Shown: in pieces, positions 27,014 through 37,140 of the stretch
Layout of the letters: every line of letters starts with the position of its first letter
Position numbering within the stretch: position 1 is the stretch's first letter
DNA from: Candidatus Omnitrophota bacterium
GTDB taxonomy: Bacteria; Omnitrophota; Gorgyraeia; Zapsychrales; Zapsychraceae
Length of the DNA: 64,000 nucleotides
NCBI GenBank assembly: GCA_020429915.1
Contig: JAGQKV010000004.1
Coordinates: 68,833 to 132,832, forward strand
Direction of reading: 5' to 3'
The notes under the pieces: generated by a model
Told to the model about the DNA's origin: nothing
The model's input: only the letters and a program-made list of their open reading frames with translations
Database searches by the model: none
Program-made: the position numbers and the translations under genes

Positions 27014-28647
27014 CGCAAAATACTGGGTTTGTCGAATAATGTTACCAAGGCCTTGATTTCTTCCTCATTCCAAATCCAAAACCGCTCCTGCAGCGCCCTG
27101 AGCCGGGTGTGCTGGTCAAGCTCGGACAGGGATATCATCAGGCATTTTTCCGGTTTCCTTTCAAGCCTTTTGGCCTCGGCCACGATCGCGCTGACGTCCT
27201 GCTCCTTAAAGCCGTCCTCCTTGAGCACGATCAGCCATGTCGAATTGTCGGTATGGGCCTGAATGACGTCGATGAGCAGGCCGTGCTCATCGGCAACGGT
27301 CGCCGGGCTCAGATCACGGAAACTCGGCAGCCGGTATTTTCGGCCGTTCAGATCGAGCGATTCGTTGACAAGACAATTCAGCAGCTCCAGAATCCGGGAC
27401 GAGAAGGCCTTTTGGGACGTATCCTGAAAGTTTTCGACGTACAGCTGGAATTCCGCCCGGAACTGCTGCCGCTGTTTATCCGGGGTGAGCTCGATTTCAT
27501 TGAGGCGCCGCTGGAAAACAAATTTGATCCAATAACGAAACAATTTGTCTTTAAAGTAATGTAGCTTCCCGTTGCGGAAAATGATCCCTTCATCCTGCAG
27601 CCGGCGCAGCGACTTGGTCAACTGGGCCTTATTGATGTCTACCTCGTCGAGCAACTCCTCATTTCGCTGCAAACCGTTGGCCAAAGCTATCAAAACCGGG
27701 CCGGCTACCCGGTTACCTTTACCTAAACACAACTCGTTCATAATCAGTTCGAAGTGTCGGCTGATAACTCCCCAACGGTCGAACAATGTGTTCTCGACCG
27801 CCTTCGCGATCAGGGGAAGATAGATTTCTGATTGCTGGAATCTGGCGCGCAGATTCATCACCTCCCGGCAGACAAGCTGCAGATACAGCGGATATCCGCC
27901 GGTAAACTCCGTCAGAAAGTGGCAAAGTTGATTGCCGATTTTGTGCCCCTCCAGAAGATGTTCGATGAAATCCTGACTGTGACGGTGGTCAAAGGCATCC
28001 ATCTCGACCATTTCAAAGTTACCGAACAAGAGCGACAACTTTTCCGCGAGAATTTTCTGAGCCGAATACTTGTATGAACTGGAAAGGATATAGAGACAAT
28101 TCTTCTGAGTCATGATCTTGGAACTCAAGCTCGTGAAGACATCCGGCACCCCAAACTCGTCCAGCACCTGAAATTCATCGAAGATCAGGACGCAAAATTG
28201 TCCCGACTCGTAGGTATATATTTCGGGAACCGTCATCAGCCCGAAAAACGAGGAAGCCATCTTCCCCTTCCCTAAGTTCAGCTGGATATTCCGGATCACC
28301 TCGACCGTCTCCGGCAGATACGGCTTGGCCTCTTCCAGCAGCAGGTTGAGATCATCATGGACCGGCTGGCCTCTGTTCTTCAGAAAGTGATACAGCAGGC
28401 TGGCGCTGAACTTCTGGAAGAAATAGAAAATATCTTTGTTCTCAAGATCAAGATAGACCGGCGTCACCTTGCTGTCGTCAAGATTGTGCAGAAACTCCTG
28501 CAAGACGGCGGTCTTCCCCACGTGCCGGTATCCGATCAGGGCCACATTCTGGCGATACCCTTCCTTAAGCCCGCCGACCCGTTTTTTCAGCAGGTCAAGG
28601 ATCTCTCCCCGGCCGTGGAAATGATGTTCAAATTCGATTTCACTCAT
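27010..28647 (-). CDS. AAA+ ATPase of the archaeal-type ATPase family with a DUF234-like C-terminal domain
   Basis: Walker A GYRHVGKTA and Walker B VLIFDEF. 545 aa. It has 4-nt start/stop overlaps with both neighbours. Confidence 0.65.
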   Translation of the reverse strand: MSEIEFEHHFHGRGEILDLLKKRVGGLKEGYRQNVALIGYRHVGKTAVLQEFLHNLDDSKVTPVYLDLENKDIFYFFQKFSASLLYHFLKNRGQPVHDDLNLLLEEAKPYLPETVEVIRNIQLNLGKGKMASSFFGLMTVPEIYTYESGQFCVLIFDEFQVLDEFGVPDVFTSLSSKIMTQKNCLYILSSSYKYSAQKILAEKLSLLFGNFEMVEMDAFDHRHSQDFIEHLLEGHKIGNQLCHFLTEFTGGYPLYLQLVCREVMNLRARFQQSEIYLPLIAKAVENTLFDRWGVISRHFELIMNELCLGKGNRVAGPVLIALANGLQRNEELLDEVDINKAQLTKSLRRLQDEGIIFRNGKLHYFKDKLFRYWIKFVFQRRLNEIELTPDKQRQQFRAEFQLYVENFQDTSQKAFSSRILELLNCLVNESLDLNGRKYRLPSFRDLSPATVADEHGLLIDVIQAHTDNSTWLIVLKEDGFKEQDVSAIVAEAKRLERKPEKCLMISLSELDQHTRLRALQERFWIWNEEEIKALVTLFDKPSILR

Positions 28648-29324
28648 GGCAAATAGTAAAGCGGATTATCTCCCTTATCGTTCTTACGAATCTGAAAATG
28701 CAGGTATGCCAATCGGTCATGCTCACCCACCCGGGCGATAGGATCATGTTTGAATACATAATCTCCCAATTTGACCAGGACCTCGGCGTTTTTGGCATAC
28801 ACGGAATAAAAACCGTCCTGATGATCGATCACCACGGTATAGGCCTGGCCGGGGATGTAATCGGCAAGCACGACTTTCCCGGAACGTGCGGCCCGCACCA
28901 CCTCACCGCGCTGCGCCTTGATATCGATTCCCGGCGAGGCGATACCGTCTTTACGCTTCTGGTGAAAATAGTGGATGACCTGACCGCGCAACGGCCACAC
29001 AAAATCATCCTTCGTTTCTTCATCGTCGATGTATATCTCTTTGACGGCATCGGCCCCGGGAATGAATACCAGCTGGTTGACCTCGATCTCGGCAATGTTG
29101 GGAATATTATTCGATCGCACAATCTCGTCGATAGTTACATTGTAGGCCTTGGCAATCCGCCAAATAGTCTCTTTCTTGTTAACCTTGTGGTAGATGCCTT
29201 CCGGCTTGAGATTGGGCGGGGGTAAAACGAGCGTCGGCGGGGCCGGCTGGGTCGTCCGGCACCCGGACAAAGGGGCGACCATAACCAGAACGAGAATAAA
29301 AAACTTTCGGTTGGCCATCATCAT
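28644..29324 (-). CDS. NlpD-like lipoprotein with LysM and M23 peptidase domains
   Basis: Lipobox LSGC, LysM segment (YHKVNKKETIWRIAKAYNVTIDEI) and an M23 core (DHQDGFYSVY ... LHFQIR). The start was taken at MMMANRKFF. Confidence 0.8.
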   Translation of the reverse strand: MMMANRKFFILVLVMVAPLSGCRTTQPAPPTLVLPPPNLKPEGIYHKVNKKETIWRIAKAYNVTIDEIVRSNNIPNIAEIEVNQLVFIPGADAVKEIYIDDEETKDDFVWPLRGQVIHYFHQKRKDGIASPGIDIKAQRGEVVRAARSGKVVLADYIPGQAYTVVIDHQDGFYSVYAKNAEVLVKLGDYVFKHDPIARVGEHDRLAYLHFQIRKNDKGDNPLYYLP

Positions 29325-29977
29325 GCGTGTTCGACCTTCATCATCGGGTTGATGATACCTTTGAATTCCGTCACGGCCCGCGTCACGTCTTCGGCCCGGC
29401 AGATGGCCCGGCAAACAGCGAAATGGGTTACACCGACGGCCAAAAGCTTGTCGATATTTTCCGCGGTTATCCCTCCGATTGCGTACACGGGCACCGGGGT
29501 CTCCCTCACCACCTGTTCCAGCAGTGTCAAATCCATAGGTGAGCGATCGGGCTTGGTCAGGGTCTTGAACACTGATCCAAAACCGATATAATCAGCCCCC
29601 TCCGCCACGGCGCGCCGGACCTGCGCAATGGTCTGACAGGAAGCCCCAATGACATATTTGTCTCCCAGCAGGCGCCGGGCCTCCGGCAACGGAAGGTCTT
29701 CCTGACCGAGATGAACACCGGCGGCCCCAACGGCATGGCATATATCGGCCCGGTCGTTGACAATAAACGGTGTCCGCGGATTCATGCCGGCCAGTATCTC
29801 CCGGGATAGCCGCAGGACGTCTCGACCTTCTCCGCCTTTGTAACGCAGCTGCAGGGGCGCCGCCCCGGCACAGCCGGCCGTGCGGGCGATCCGCGGTAAC
29901 TCCGCCGGATCATTCACGGCAGCATCCAGGATCAGGTACAGATTAGATTCGGCTAATAACCTTTTTTTCAATGGCAT
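29321..29977 (-). CDS. thiE: thiamine-phosphate synthase
   Basis: TMP-TENI fold motifs LYLILD, VQLRYK and AIGGI. The ORF was trimmed to MPLKKRLL. Confidence 0.8.
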   Translation of the reverse strand: MPLKKRLLAESNLYLILDAAVNDPAELPRIARTAGCAGAAPLQLRYKGGEGRDVLRLSREILAGMNPRTPFIVNDRADICHAVGAAGVHLGQEDLPLPEARRLLGDKYVIGASCQTIAQVRRAVAEGADYIGFGSVFKTLTKPDRSPMDLTLLEQVVRETPVPVYAIGGITAENIDKLLAVGVTHFAVCRAICRAEDVTRAVTEFKGIINPMMKVEHA

Positions 29978-30398
29978 ACAGTTGATATCGCAAGCGCTTA
30001 AGCTTACGGGCCGCAGGGGCCGTAAACAGCTTGGCGCATTCTTCCAATACGCGGACCGATTCCTTGGCCCTCTGTGAATTAGCATAAAAGATATCACCGC
30101 CATCCCGCCGGCGAAACTCGGAGGGCGTTGATCCGCGGCCTACGTCCGTTTCAATCGAACGGGCCTGAATCAGGCTTTTGATCTCGAGCTCGACCACGGC
30201 TGTCGTGAGTTTATGGCGGATATCCTTGTATTGCCGGGTCAGCGCCGGAGCGTCCAGATAAAACCGGCACATATCTTCGCACACCCGCAGGGCTTCCTTC
30301 GCCCGGTTGAAATTGGCGTCAATAAGACGGTATATCTTTTGTTGACTTACTCGCGGCACGTCTTCCTGATCTTCGCAATAATCGCAGTCGTTGAACAA
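29943..30398 (-). CDS. hypothetical protein immediately upstream of and overlapping thiE
   Basis: 151 aa. Contains CDYCED and an IYRLIDANFNRAKEALRV segment. It is not confidently assigned. It may be a ThiE-associated domain protein. Confidence 0.4.
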   Translation of the reverse strand: MFNDCDYCEDQEDVPRVSQQKIYRLIDANFNRAKEALRVCEDMCRFYLDAPALTRQYKDIRHKLTTAVVELEIKSLIQARSIETDVGRGSTPSEFRRRDGGDIFYANSQRAKESVRVLEECAKLFTAPAARKLKRLRYQLYAIEKKVISRI

Positions 30399-30832
30399 CC
30401 TTTTTCAAACTGTATGAATTCCACCCGGCCGCCGGCGGCCTTCACCACGTCTTCACCGACGATCCCCTTGCCTTTCCAGTCTGCCCCTTTGATCAAGACG
30501 TCCGGCCGAACAACCTTGATAAGGCTCAACGGTGTCGGAGCGGTAAAGAGACACACATAATCCACGCTTTCAAGCGCGGCTAAAACCCGTGCCCGGTGAC
30601 GCTGCGGATTAAGAGGGCGTTGAAGCCCCTTGATTCTGCGGACGGACGCGTCGCTGTTCAGTCCCACGACCAGAATCCTGTCCTTTTTCTTCGCCTTCTC
30701 CAGATACGCCACATGACCGAAGTGCAGAATATCAAAACACCCGTTGGTAAAGGCGATGACACGCCCTTCCCGGCGGTGACGGGCCAGCCGGGTGATCAAA
30801 GCGGAGGCGGAAACGATCTTATTTTTCGACAT
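30347..30832 (-). CDS. hldE: D-glycero-beta-D-manno-heptose 1-phosphate adenylyltransferase (RfaE domain II / HldE C-domain)
   Basis: Cytidylyltransferase motif GCFDILHFGH. The ORF was trimmed to MSKNKIVS. Confidence 0.75.
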   Translation of the reverse strand: MSKNKIVSASALITRLARHRREGRVIAFTNGCFDILHFGHVAYLEKAKKKDRILVVGLNSDASVRRIKGLQRPLNPQRHRARVLAALESVDYVCLFTAPTPLSLIKVVRPDVLIKGADWKGKGIVGEDVVKAAGGRVEFIQFEKGCSTTAIIAKIRKTCRE

Positions 30833-31406
30833 GCGTCTTTTCGCCGATTTGGTTTTCGACCAATTCGCATATCGTATGATAGATACACATATGTGATTCC
30901 TGAATCCGCGCCGTCGACTGCGAGGGAACGTCAATGTGCACGTCCGCCATCCCCTTCAGTTTTCCGCCGCCGCATCCGGTCAACACGATCGTCTTTAATC
31001 CCTGCTTCCCGGCCTGCTCGATACCGGCAATCACATTCTCCGAATTGCCGCTGGTTGAGAATCCGAAAGCGATGTCGCCGGGGCGGCCCAAGGCTTCGAT
31101 TTGCCGGGAGAAAACGATACGATAATCATAATCATTGCTCAGACACGTCAAGATCGACGAGTCGGTGGTCAGGGCAATCGCCGCCAGGGCCCTGCGCTCC
31201 TTCTGAAACCGGCCGATAAATTCCGCGGCGACATGCTGGCTGTCCGCCGCCGAACCGCCGTTGCCGAAGAAAAGGATCTTGCCGTGCGACTTCAGCGAAT
31301 GGATAATCATCTCCACCGCTTCTACGATCAGTTCCACATTTTGCGTCAAGGTTTCCTGCTTGACGGCCCGTGATTCCTCAAAGATTTCTTTTATGCGGTC
31401 TTTCAT
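30819..31406 (-). CDS. gmhA: phosphoheptose isomerase (SIS domain)
   Basis: 195 aa with FGNGGSAADSQH and FSTSGNSENV SIS motifs. Confidence 0.85.
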   Translation of the reverse strand: MKDRIKEIFEESRAVKQETLTQNVELIVEAVEMIIHSLKSHGKILFFGNGGSAADSQHVAAEFIGRFQKERRALAAIALTTDSSILTCLSNDYDYRIVFSRQIEALGRPGDIAFGFSTSGNSENVIAGIEQAGKQGLKTIVLTGCGGGKLKGMADVHIDVPSQSTARIQESHMCIYHTICELVENQIGEKTHVEK

Positions 31407-31414
31407 AGTCTAAA

Positions 31415-32440
31415 CTAGGCGGCAAACACCTTGGCGATTTCATAAATATCGGGTTCGATCGCCTTGTGCTTGCTTACCGCGTCCTTGATAGGAAAAGCGT
31501 TGAGTTTGTTCTTATGGATGGCCACCATGAATCCGTATTTATCCTGTTTGATCAATTCAATAGCATAAAATCCGAAACGGGTGCTGATGATCCTATCAAA
31601 GGATGTGGGGGCCCCGCCGCGTTGTATGTGACCCAAAACACTCACGCGCGTCTCGAAGCCGGTCTTGCTTTCGATCAGATCGGCAACCATTTCACCGACA
31701 CGGCTGACCCGGTGATTACGGATATTCTCTTCGTGTTCCTGTTGATTTGAATGCCCCTCAATCACGGCGCCTTCGGCAATAACTATGATACTGAATGTTT
31801 TACCGCGCTTATGCCGCGCGCGCAGCGAATCACAGACCAAATCGATATTTACCGGATATTCCGGCACGAGAATAATGTCGGCCCCGCCGGCGATACCGGC
31901 TTCGAGCGCGATCCATCCGGTATACCGGCCCATAACCTCGATAACGATGATCCGATGATGACTCTCGGCGGTGGTGTGCAACCGGTCGATGCACTGCGTG
32001 GCGATATTGACCGCCGTATCGAACCCGAAGGCATAATCCGTTCCGGTCAACGAATTATCCGCCGACTTAGGCACGCCGATGATCGGCAGATCAAACTTTT
32101 CGTACAACTCCAGAGCGATCTTAAGCGTGTCTTCTCCGCCGACCGCAATCAGCGCATCCATGCCGCTACGTTTAAAATTATCGGCGATCTGCTGATTCAT
32201 GCTGTCTTTTAACGGCGGGATAATGCGGCTTGTTCCGAGGATCGTACCGCCCCGGTCCAGAATGCCCGAGACGATTTGCAGGTCGAGTACCCGCATGTCA
32301 TTTTGCGCCAGGCCAGTCCAACCGTTCTTGATACCGGTAACCACATAACCTTCCGAAACAGCCTTGCGCACCACCGCCCGCAGTACTGAGTTCATACCCG
32401 GGCAGTCGGCGCCTCCTGTCAGCACTCCTATTTTCTTCAT
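31415..32440 (-). CDS. pfk: 6-phosphofructokinase with pyrophosphate-dependent signature residues
   Basis: The PFK-A fold starts MKKIGVLTGGADCPGMN. GGEDT replaces GGDGS (Asp at the Gly104 position) and PKS replaces PGT (Lys at the Gly124 position). Confidence 0.8.
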   Translation of the reverse strand: MKKIGVLTGGADCPGMNSVLRAVVRKAVSEGYVVTGIKNGWTGLAQNDMRVLDLQIVSGILDRGGTILGTSRIIPPLKDSMNQQIADNFKRSGMDALIAVGGEDTLKIALELYEKFDLPIIGVPKSADNSLTGTDYAFGFDTAVNIATQCIDRLHTTAESHHRIIVIEVMGRYTGWIALEAGIAGGADIILVPEYPVNIDLVCDSLRARHKRGKTFSIIVIAEGAVIEGHSNQQEHEENIRNHRVSRVGEMVADLIESKTGFETRVSVLGHIQRGGAPTSFDRIISTRFGFYAIELIKQDKYGFMVAIHKNKLNAFPIKDAVSKHKAIEPDIYEIAKVFAA

Positions 32441-32463
32441 AACGTCTCCTTCGTGAGCCCGGC

Positions 32464-33162
32464 TTACGCCCGCGGGCCCTGAAACGGGACCACCGGTCCG
32501 TCAGGCTTGTCAGTACCCGGCCCGGCTGTCTCCGTCTTTTCCGGCGACCTGACCGCGGGCGCCGGCTTGACCGGCACCGGCAGCGGAGCCGGCGGTTTGC
32601 TTCGTTTCTGTTGAATCTTGTTCACGTAAACGGCAATATCGATCTTTTGGCTGCCGCCGATCGTGTCGCGGATCTTCTTGAGCACCTCCGCCTGCACGCG
32701 GGAGGTCACCTCCGGAATCTGCACATCGGATTTTAAAATAATCGGGACCCGGACCCGCAATACGCGCGACTTGACATGGATCACGGGCTTGTTGTCTTTG
32801 ATCTCATCAAATTGCAGAATCGTGCGTTTGACCAGATCCTCCAGGGCAAACAACGACACACTCACCCGGCCGTTGGGATTATCGAATGAGATGACCCGGT
32901 CACGACGAACACCGCTGGCGATCACACAATAAAAAAACCAGTTAAGGCAGATCAACGTTACGGAAAGAGATATCGTAAAGTGGCGCAAATGATCATTGGA
33001 GAACATGAAGTGCAGATAATTGACAAGATCGATGTAGTTCCATCCGAGGGTAATGCCATAGACATCAATCTTAAAGCCTTGCGCGGTGATAAACAAAAAC
33101 AAGCACACAAAAACCGTAAAGGTTACGAAGTACGCTAATCCAAATCTCTTAAGAAAGTTCAT
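32464..33162 (-). CDS. membrane protein with an Asp23/AmaP-like domain and a Pro-rich C-terminal tail
   Basis: Two N-terminal TM helices, a central domain resembling the alkaline-shock-family anchor, then a PAPLPVPVKPAPA tail. Confidence 0.4.
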   Translation of the reverse strand: MNFLKRFGLAYFVTFTVFVCLFLFITAQGFKIDVYGITLGWNYIDLVNYLHFMFSNDHLRHFTISLSVTLICLNWFFYCVIASGVRRDRVISFDNPNGRVSVSLFALEDLVKRTILQFDEIKDNKPVIHVKSRVLRVRVPIILKSDVQIPEVTSRVQAEVLKKIRDTIGGSQKIDIAVYVNKIQQKRSKPPAPLPVPVKPAPAVRSPEKTETAGPGTDKPDGPVVPFQGPRA

Positions 33163-33239
33163 CGGATTCCCCCCTCCGCCGGAAAACTGGTCCGGTGTCG
33201 ATTTCGGCCGTAATCGCTATCCCCTCGCGGCCCGTGTTA

Positions 33240-34595
33240 TTACCCGTCCTGATCCGGTTTCATAATCGTTTCCAGGAAGTGCGTTGTCGCTCCTCCCTGC
33301 AAAAACACGGGATGTCGCAGAATCTCGAGATGCAGTGCAGCCGTGGTCGTGATGGGACTGATGTAAAATTCTTCCAAGGCCCGGATCATTTTACGGACCG
33401 CCTCGTGACGGTCCTCCCCATAGGTGATCAGCTTGGCCACCATCGAATCGTAGTACGGGCTGATCATGTAGCCTGGATAGATGTGGGTGTCGTTACGCAC
33501 ACCGGGCCCCCCGGGAAGATTCAATTGCTCGATCCTACCCGGACACGGAATAAAGTTATTGCTGGGATCTTCCGCATTGATCCGGCATTCAATGGCGGCG
33601 CCTTTGATCTTGATATCATCCTGGCAGTAACCGAGCTTTTCACCGTTGGCGATTCGGATCTGCTCCTTGATCAAATCAAAACCGGTCACCAATTCGGTCA
33701 CCGGGTGTTCCACCTGGATCCGCGTGTTCATCTCCATGAAATAAAATTCCCCGGAGGAATCCAGCAGAAATTCGACCGTCCCGACGCTGTAGTAATCTGC
33801 GGCCTTGGCCGCTTTGATCGCCGCCTCACCCATTTTTTTGCGCAATTTGTCGTCAAGGGCCGGCGACGGCGCCTCTTCGATCAGCTTTTGATGCCGGCGC
33901 TGGACGCTGCAGTCGCGCTCGCCCAAGTGAACGATATTACCGTGCGTGTCCGCGACGATTTGAAACTCGATATGACGCGGGCCCTCGATATATTTCTCAA
34001 TATAGACATCCGGATTCCCGAAGTTCGCCTCAGCCTCATTTTGCGCCACCGTAAACGAACTGGCCAAGGTTACGTCGTTGTGACATACCCGCATCCCCTT
34101 GCCCCCGCCGCCGGCGGAGGCCTTGATGATCACCGGGTACTTAATCAATTTGGCGATTTCAATTGCTTCTTCCTTGCTCTTGATCACACCGTCACCGCCC
34201 GGAGTCAGGGGGACGCCGCATTTCTTCATGGTTTCCTTGGCCGTGATCTTGTCTCCCATAAGGCGAATCGTGTTCGGGGACGGGCCGATAAATCTGATCT
34301 GGCAGGATTCACATATCTCGGCGAAATGTGCATTTTCCGCCAGAAACCCGTAGCCCGGATGAATCGCTTCGACGTCAGTCACTTCGGCTGCTGAGATGAT
34401 GGCGGGAATGTTCAGGTAGCTGTCGGTGCTCGCAGCGGGACCGATGCAGACCGCTTCATCCGCGAAGCGCACATGCAACGATTCCCGGTCGGCTTCGGAA
34501 TAGACGGCCACCGTCTGAATGTTCATTTCCCGGCAGGCACGGATGATCCGCAGGGCGATTTCACCCCGGTTGGCGATGAGAATTTTGGAAAACAT
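33240..34595 (-). CDS. accC: acetyl-CoA carboxylase biotin carboxylase subunit
   Basis: [24 protein letters not shown]-terminus and a 451-aa ATP-grasp fold. Confidence 0.95.
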   Translation of the reverse strand: MFSKILIANRGEIALRIIRACREMNIQTVAVYSEADRESLHVRFADEAVCIGPAASTDSYLNIPAIISAAEVTDVEAIHPGYGFLAENAHFAEICESCQIRFIGPSPNTIRLMGDKITAKETMKKCGVPLTPGGDGVIKSKEEAIEIAKLIKYPVIIKASAGGGGKGMRVCHNDVTLASSFTVAQNEAEANFGNPDVYIEKYIEGPRHIEFQIVADTHGNIVHLGERDCSVQRRHQKLIEEAPSPALDDKLRKKMGEAAIKAAKAADYYSVGTVEFLLDSSGEFYFMEMNTRIQVEHPVTELVTGFDLIKEQIRIANGEKLGYCQDDIKIKGAAIECRINAEDPSNNFIPCPGRIEQLNLPGGPGVRNDTHIYPGYMISPYYDSMVAKLITYGEDRHEAVRKMIRALEEFYISPITTTAALHLEILRHPVFLQGGATTHFLETIMKPDQDG

Positions 34596-34610
34596 GGCTG
34601 ATAATCTGAA

Positions 34611-35063
34611 TTATAAGGGTTCTACCGAGAACAACGTTTGACCGAACTCGACGGGTTGGGCATTGTCGACCAAGACCTCGGCAACCTTGCCCTTCACTTC
34701 CGACTTGATTTCGTTCATTAACTTCATCGCTTCGACAATGCAAACGACCTGTCCGACTTCGACGATCTGACCGACTTCCACGAACGGCGGCGCTTCGGGT
34801 GACGGGGCCCGGTAGAAAGTTCCGACCATCGGAGACTTGATCTCCAGGTTATTGGAATCGGCGGGAGTGCTTTGAGCGTCCGGATGCTGCGCGGGCGGCT
34901 TGGCATCAATGTGATAGGTGGGAGGTGTTTGGTGGTAGATTTCGGAAACATCCGCGGAGGACTTCTTCAACTTGACCTTCATCCCCTCGCGTTCGATTTC
35001 AATCTCAGCAAGGTCATTCTCGTTCATGAGATTGATCATGGCGCGAATTTCTTTGAGGTTCAT
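34611..35063 (-). CDS. accB: biotin carboxyl carrier protein
   Basis: EAMKLMNEI biotinylation motif and an Ala/Pro-rich linker. Confidence 0.9.
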   Translation of the reverse strand: MNLKEIRAMINLMNENDLAEIEIEREGMKVKLKKSSADVSEIYHQTPPTYHIDAKPPAQHPDAQSTPADSNNLEIKSPMVGTFYRAPSPEAPPFVEVGQIVEVGQVVCIVEAMKLMNEIKSEVKGKVAEVLVDNAQPVEFGQTLFSVEPL

Positions 35064-35626
35064 TCCTTGACCCTTTCGACATATACTCCGGTGCGCGTAT
35101 CTACTTTGATTTTGTCTCCGATATCAACAAACAACGGCACCTGAATCGTGGCGCCGGTATCGATTTCCGCGGGTTTAGTGCCGGCCTTGGAGGTGTCCCC
35201 CTTGAATCCGGGCTCCGTATGCGTTACTTCCGCAAAAATAAAAATGGGCAGTTCGATCTTCAATAGTTCGTCGTTGAAAAACTTGCCGTCGACTTCCAGA
35301 TTTTCCTGCAAGAAACGTTCGGCATCGCCAAGAATATCCTTGGTGACCACCACCTCTTCGAACGTGGTGTTGTCCATGAAGTGATAATCGTCGCCGCTCT
35401 GGTACAAATTCTGCAGTTTACGGTCTTCGAGGAGGACTTCTTCGACCTTATCTGCGGGCTTGATGGTGCGGTCCAGCGTCTGCTGGGTCCGGACATTCTT
35501 GAGTTTAACTTTGGCGAAGGCGCCGCCCTTTCCCGGCTTGACATGCTGACTGTCGGTCACGATGAAGATACTGCCGTCTATTTGAAGGGCCGCACCGGAC
35601 TTGATCTGATTAAGCGATATGCCCAC
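35060..35626 (-). CDS. efp: elongation factor P
   Basis: 188 aa with the KPGKGGAFAKVKLKN loop. Confidence 0.9.
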   Translation of the reverse strand: MGISLNQIKSGAALQIDGSIFIVTDSQHVKPGKGGAFAKVKLKNVRTQQTLDRTIKPADKVEEVLLEDRKLQNLYQSGDDYHFMDNTTFEEVVVTKDILGDAERFLQENLEVDGKFFNDELLKIELPIFIFAEVTHTEPGFKGDTSKAGTKPAEIDTGATIQVPLFVDIGDKIKVDTRTGVYVERVKE

Positions 35627-36662
35627 TTAAAACCTCACATCCTGTTTCTGTTACCAAAACCATTTCTTCCAGCCGGATGCCGAACTTGCCGGCAAAGTAA
35701 ACCGCCGGCTCGACGGTCACCACCATCCCGGCTTTGAGCGGCCGGCGGATCGTGTGAAAAAGCCGCGGGCCTTCATGTATTTCCAGGCCGACACCATGGC
35801 CCAGCGAATGCCCGAAATATTTGGCTAAATTTTTACTTTCCAAATATTTACGGGCCTTTAAGTCGACCTCGGCAATACTCATACCCGCCTTGATCGAAGC
35901 GATAGCTCGACGCTGAGCTTCACGCACATGGGCCTCTGTCTCTTGGACAAGATTGGCTATTTTACCTAAAAAGAACATACGTGTCAAGTCGGTCATATAG
36001 CCCCCGAAACACACCCCCATATCGACTAGTACTGGCTCGTTATCTCTTATTTTCCTAGGAGTTACGTTCGCATGAGGGTAGCTGGAATTCGGGCCGGAAG
36101 CGATGATCGGAGGGAAGGAAAAGCCCACTTTGCGGCGGCGGACAAAGCCCTCCAGCTTGGCAAAAACAGCCTCCTCCGTAATATTAGGCTTAATATATCT
36201 TTTTAGGAGCCGGAGCGCTTCCCGGTGGATCTCCAGGCCGTCACGGATGGCCTGTACCTCCTCGGGTTCCTTGATCTCCCGCAAGGACTCCACCAGATCA
36301 TTGGCCGGCTTTAGCTTGATGCCCTTGGGACACGCCTGCTTCAGGCGTTTATGTTGCGCCACGGTCCAGTGATGCTCATTGATACCGATATGGGTCGCCT
36401 TGTGCCGGGCCGCCAGATCAAAAATGGTATTGAAGACCGACTTGGAAAACATGACGGGGGTGACGCCCTTGACTGCGGCGCGGACTTCATGGATGTAGCG
36501 GAAGTCAGTGATGTAATACGTCTTTTTGGCTGTGATAAAAAGCCAGGACTCACTGACGGGATACCGGGTGAGGTAGGTCGCATTGACGGCATCGCTGACG
36601 ATCAACGCGTCGATCTTGTAGGGCGCCAGCAGCCGGCGGACTTTTTGCATGCGGTTGGTCAT
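35610..36662 (-). CDS. M24-family Xaa-Pro aminopeptidase/dipeptidase
   Basis: Creatinase-like N-terminal domain and a pita-bread catalytic domain (HGLGHGVGLEIHE). Confidence 0.8.
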   Translation of the reverse strand: MTNRMQKVRRLLAPYKIDALIVSDAVNATYLTRYPVSESWLFITAKKTYYITDFRYIHEVRAAVKGVTPVMFSKSVFNTIFDLAARHKATHIGINEHHWTVAQHKRLKQACPKGIKLKPANDLVESLREIKEPEEVQAIRDGLEIHREALRLLKRYIKPNITEEAVFAKLEGFVRRRKVGFSFPPIIASGPNSSYPHANVTPRKIRDNEPVLVDMGVCFGGYMTDLTRMFFLGKIANLVQETEAHVREAQRRAIASIKAGMSIAEVDLKARKYLESKNLAKYFGHSLGHGVGLEIHEGPRLFHTIRRPLKAGMVVTVEPAVYFAGKFGIRLEEMVLVTETGCEVLSGHIA

Positions 36663-36699
36663 AATATTCCGGCGGCATTCGCCGCAGTTGGATTAGAAG

Positions 36700-37140
36700 T
36701 TAGTCACGGAGCATGTTCATAAGGCCCCGTAGTCCGAGGTAATAGCTGTCCACGCCGAACCCCGATATCTGGCCGCGGCACACCGGCGCCGACAGGGACG
36801 TATGCCGGAAATCTTCGCGCGCGTAGATATTGGACAGATGCACCTCCACGGTTGGGACCTTGACGGCGGCAATGGCATCGCGGATGGCCACACTCGTATG
36901 GGTATAGGCCGCCGGATTGATCAGAATCGCATCCACCCCGTTGGCCGGGGCGTTCCCGATGGTGTCGACAATCTCTCCCTCATGATTGGACTGAAAGAAG
37001 TCCGCCGCGAAACCGCCCTCGGCCGCGTCCTTGCCGAGCACGGCGTTGATCTCCGCCAGGCTCGTCGCCCCGTAAATATCCTCTTCCCGCTTGCCGAGTA
37101 AATTTAGGTTCGGCCCGTGAATAACCAGTATTTTCTTCAC
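36700..37140 (-). CDS. aroQ: type II 3-dehydroquinate dehydratase
   Basis: [17 protein letters not shown]-terminus; 146 aa. Confidence 0.9.
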   Translation of the reverse strand: MKKILVIHGPNLNLLGKREEDIYGATSLAEINAVLGKDAAEGGFAADFFQSNHEGEIVDTIGNAPANGVDAILINPAAYTHTSVAIRDAIAAVKVPTVEVHLSNIYAREDFRHTSLSAPVCRGQISGFGVDSYYLGLRGLMNMLRD

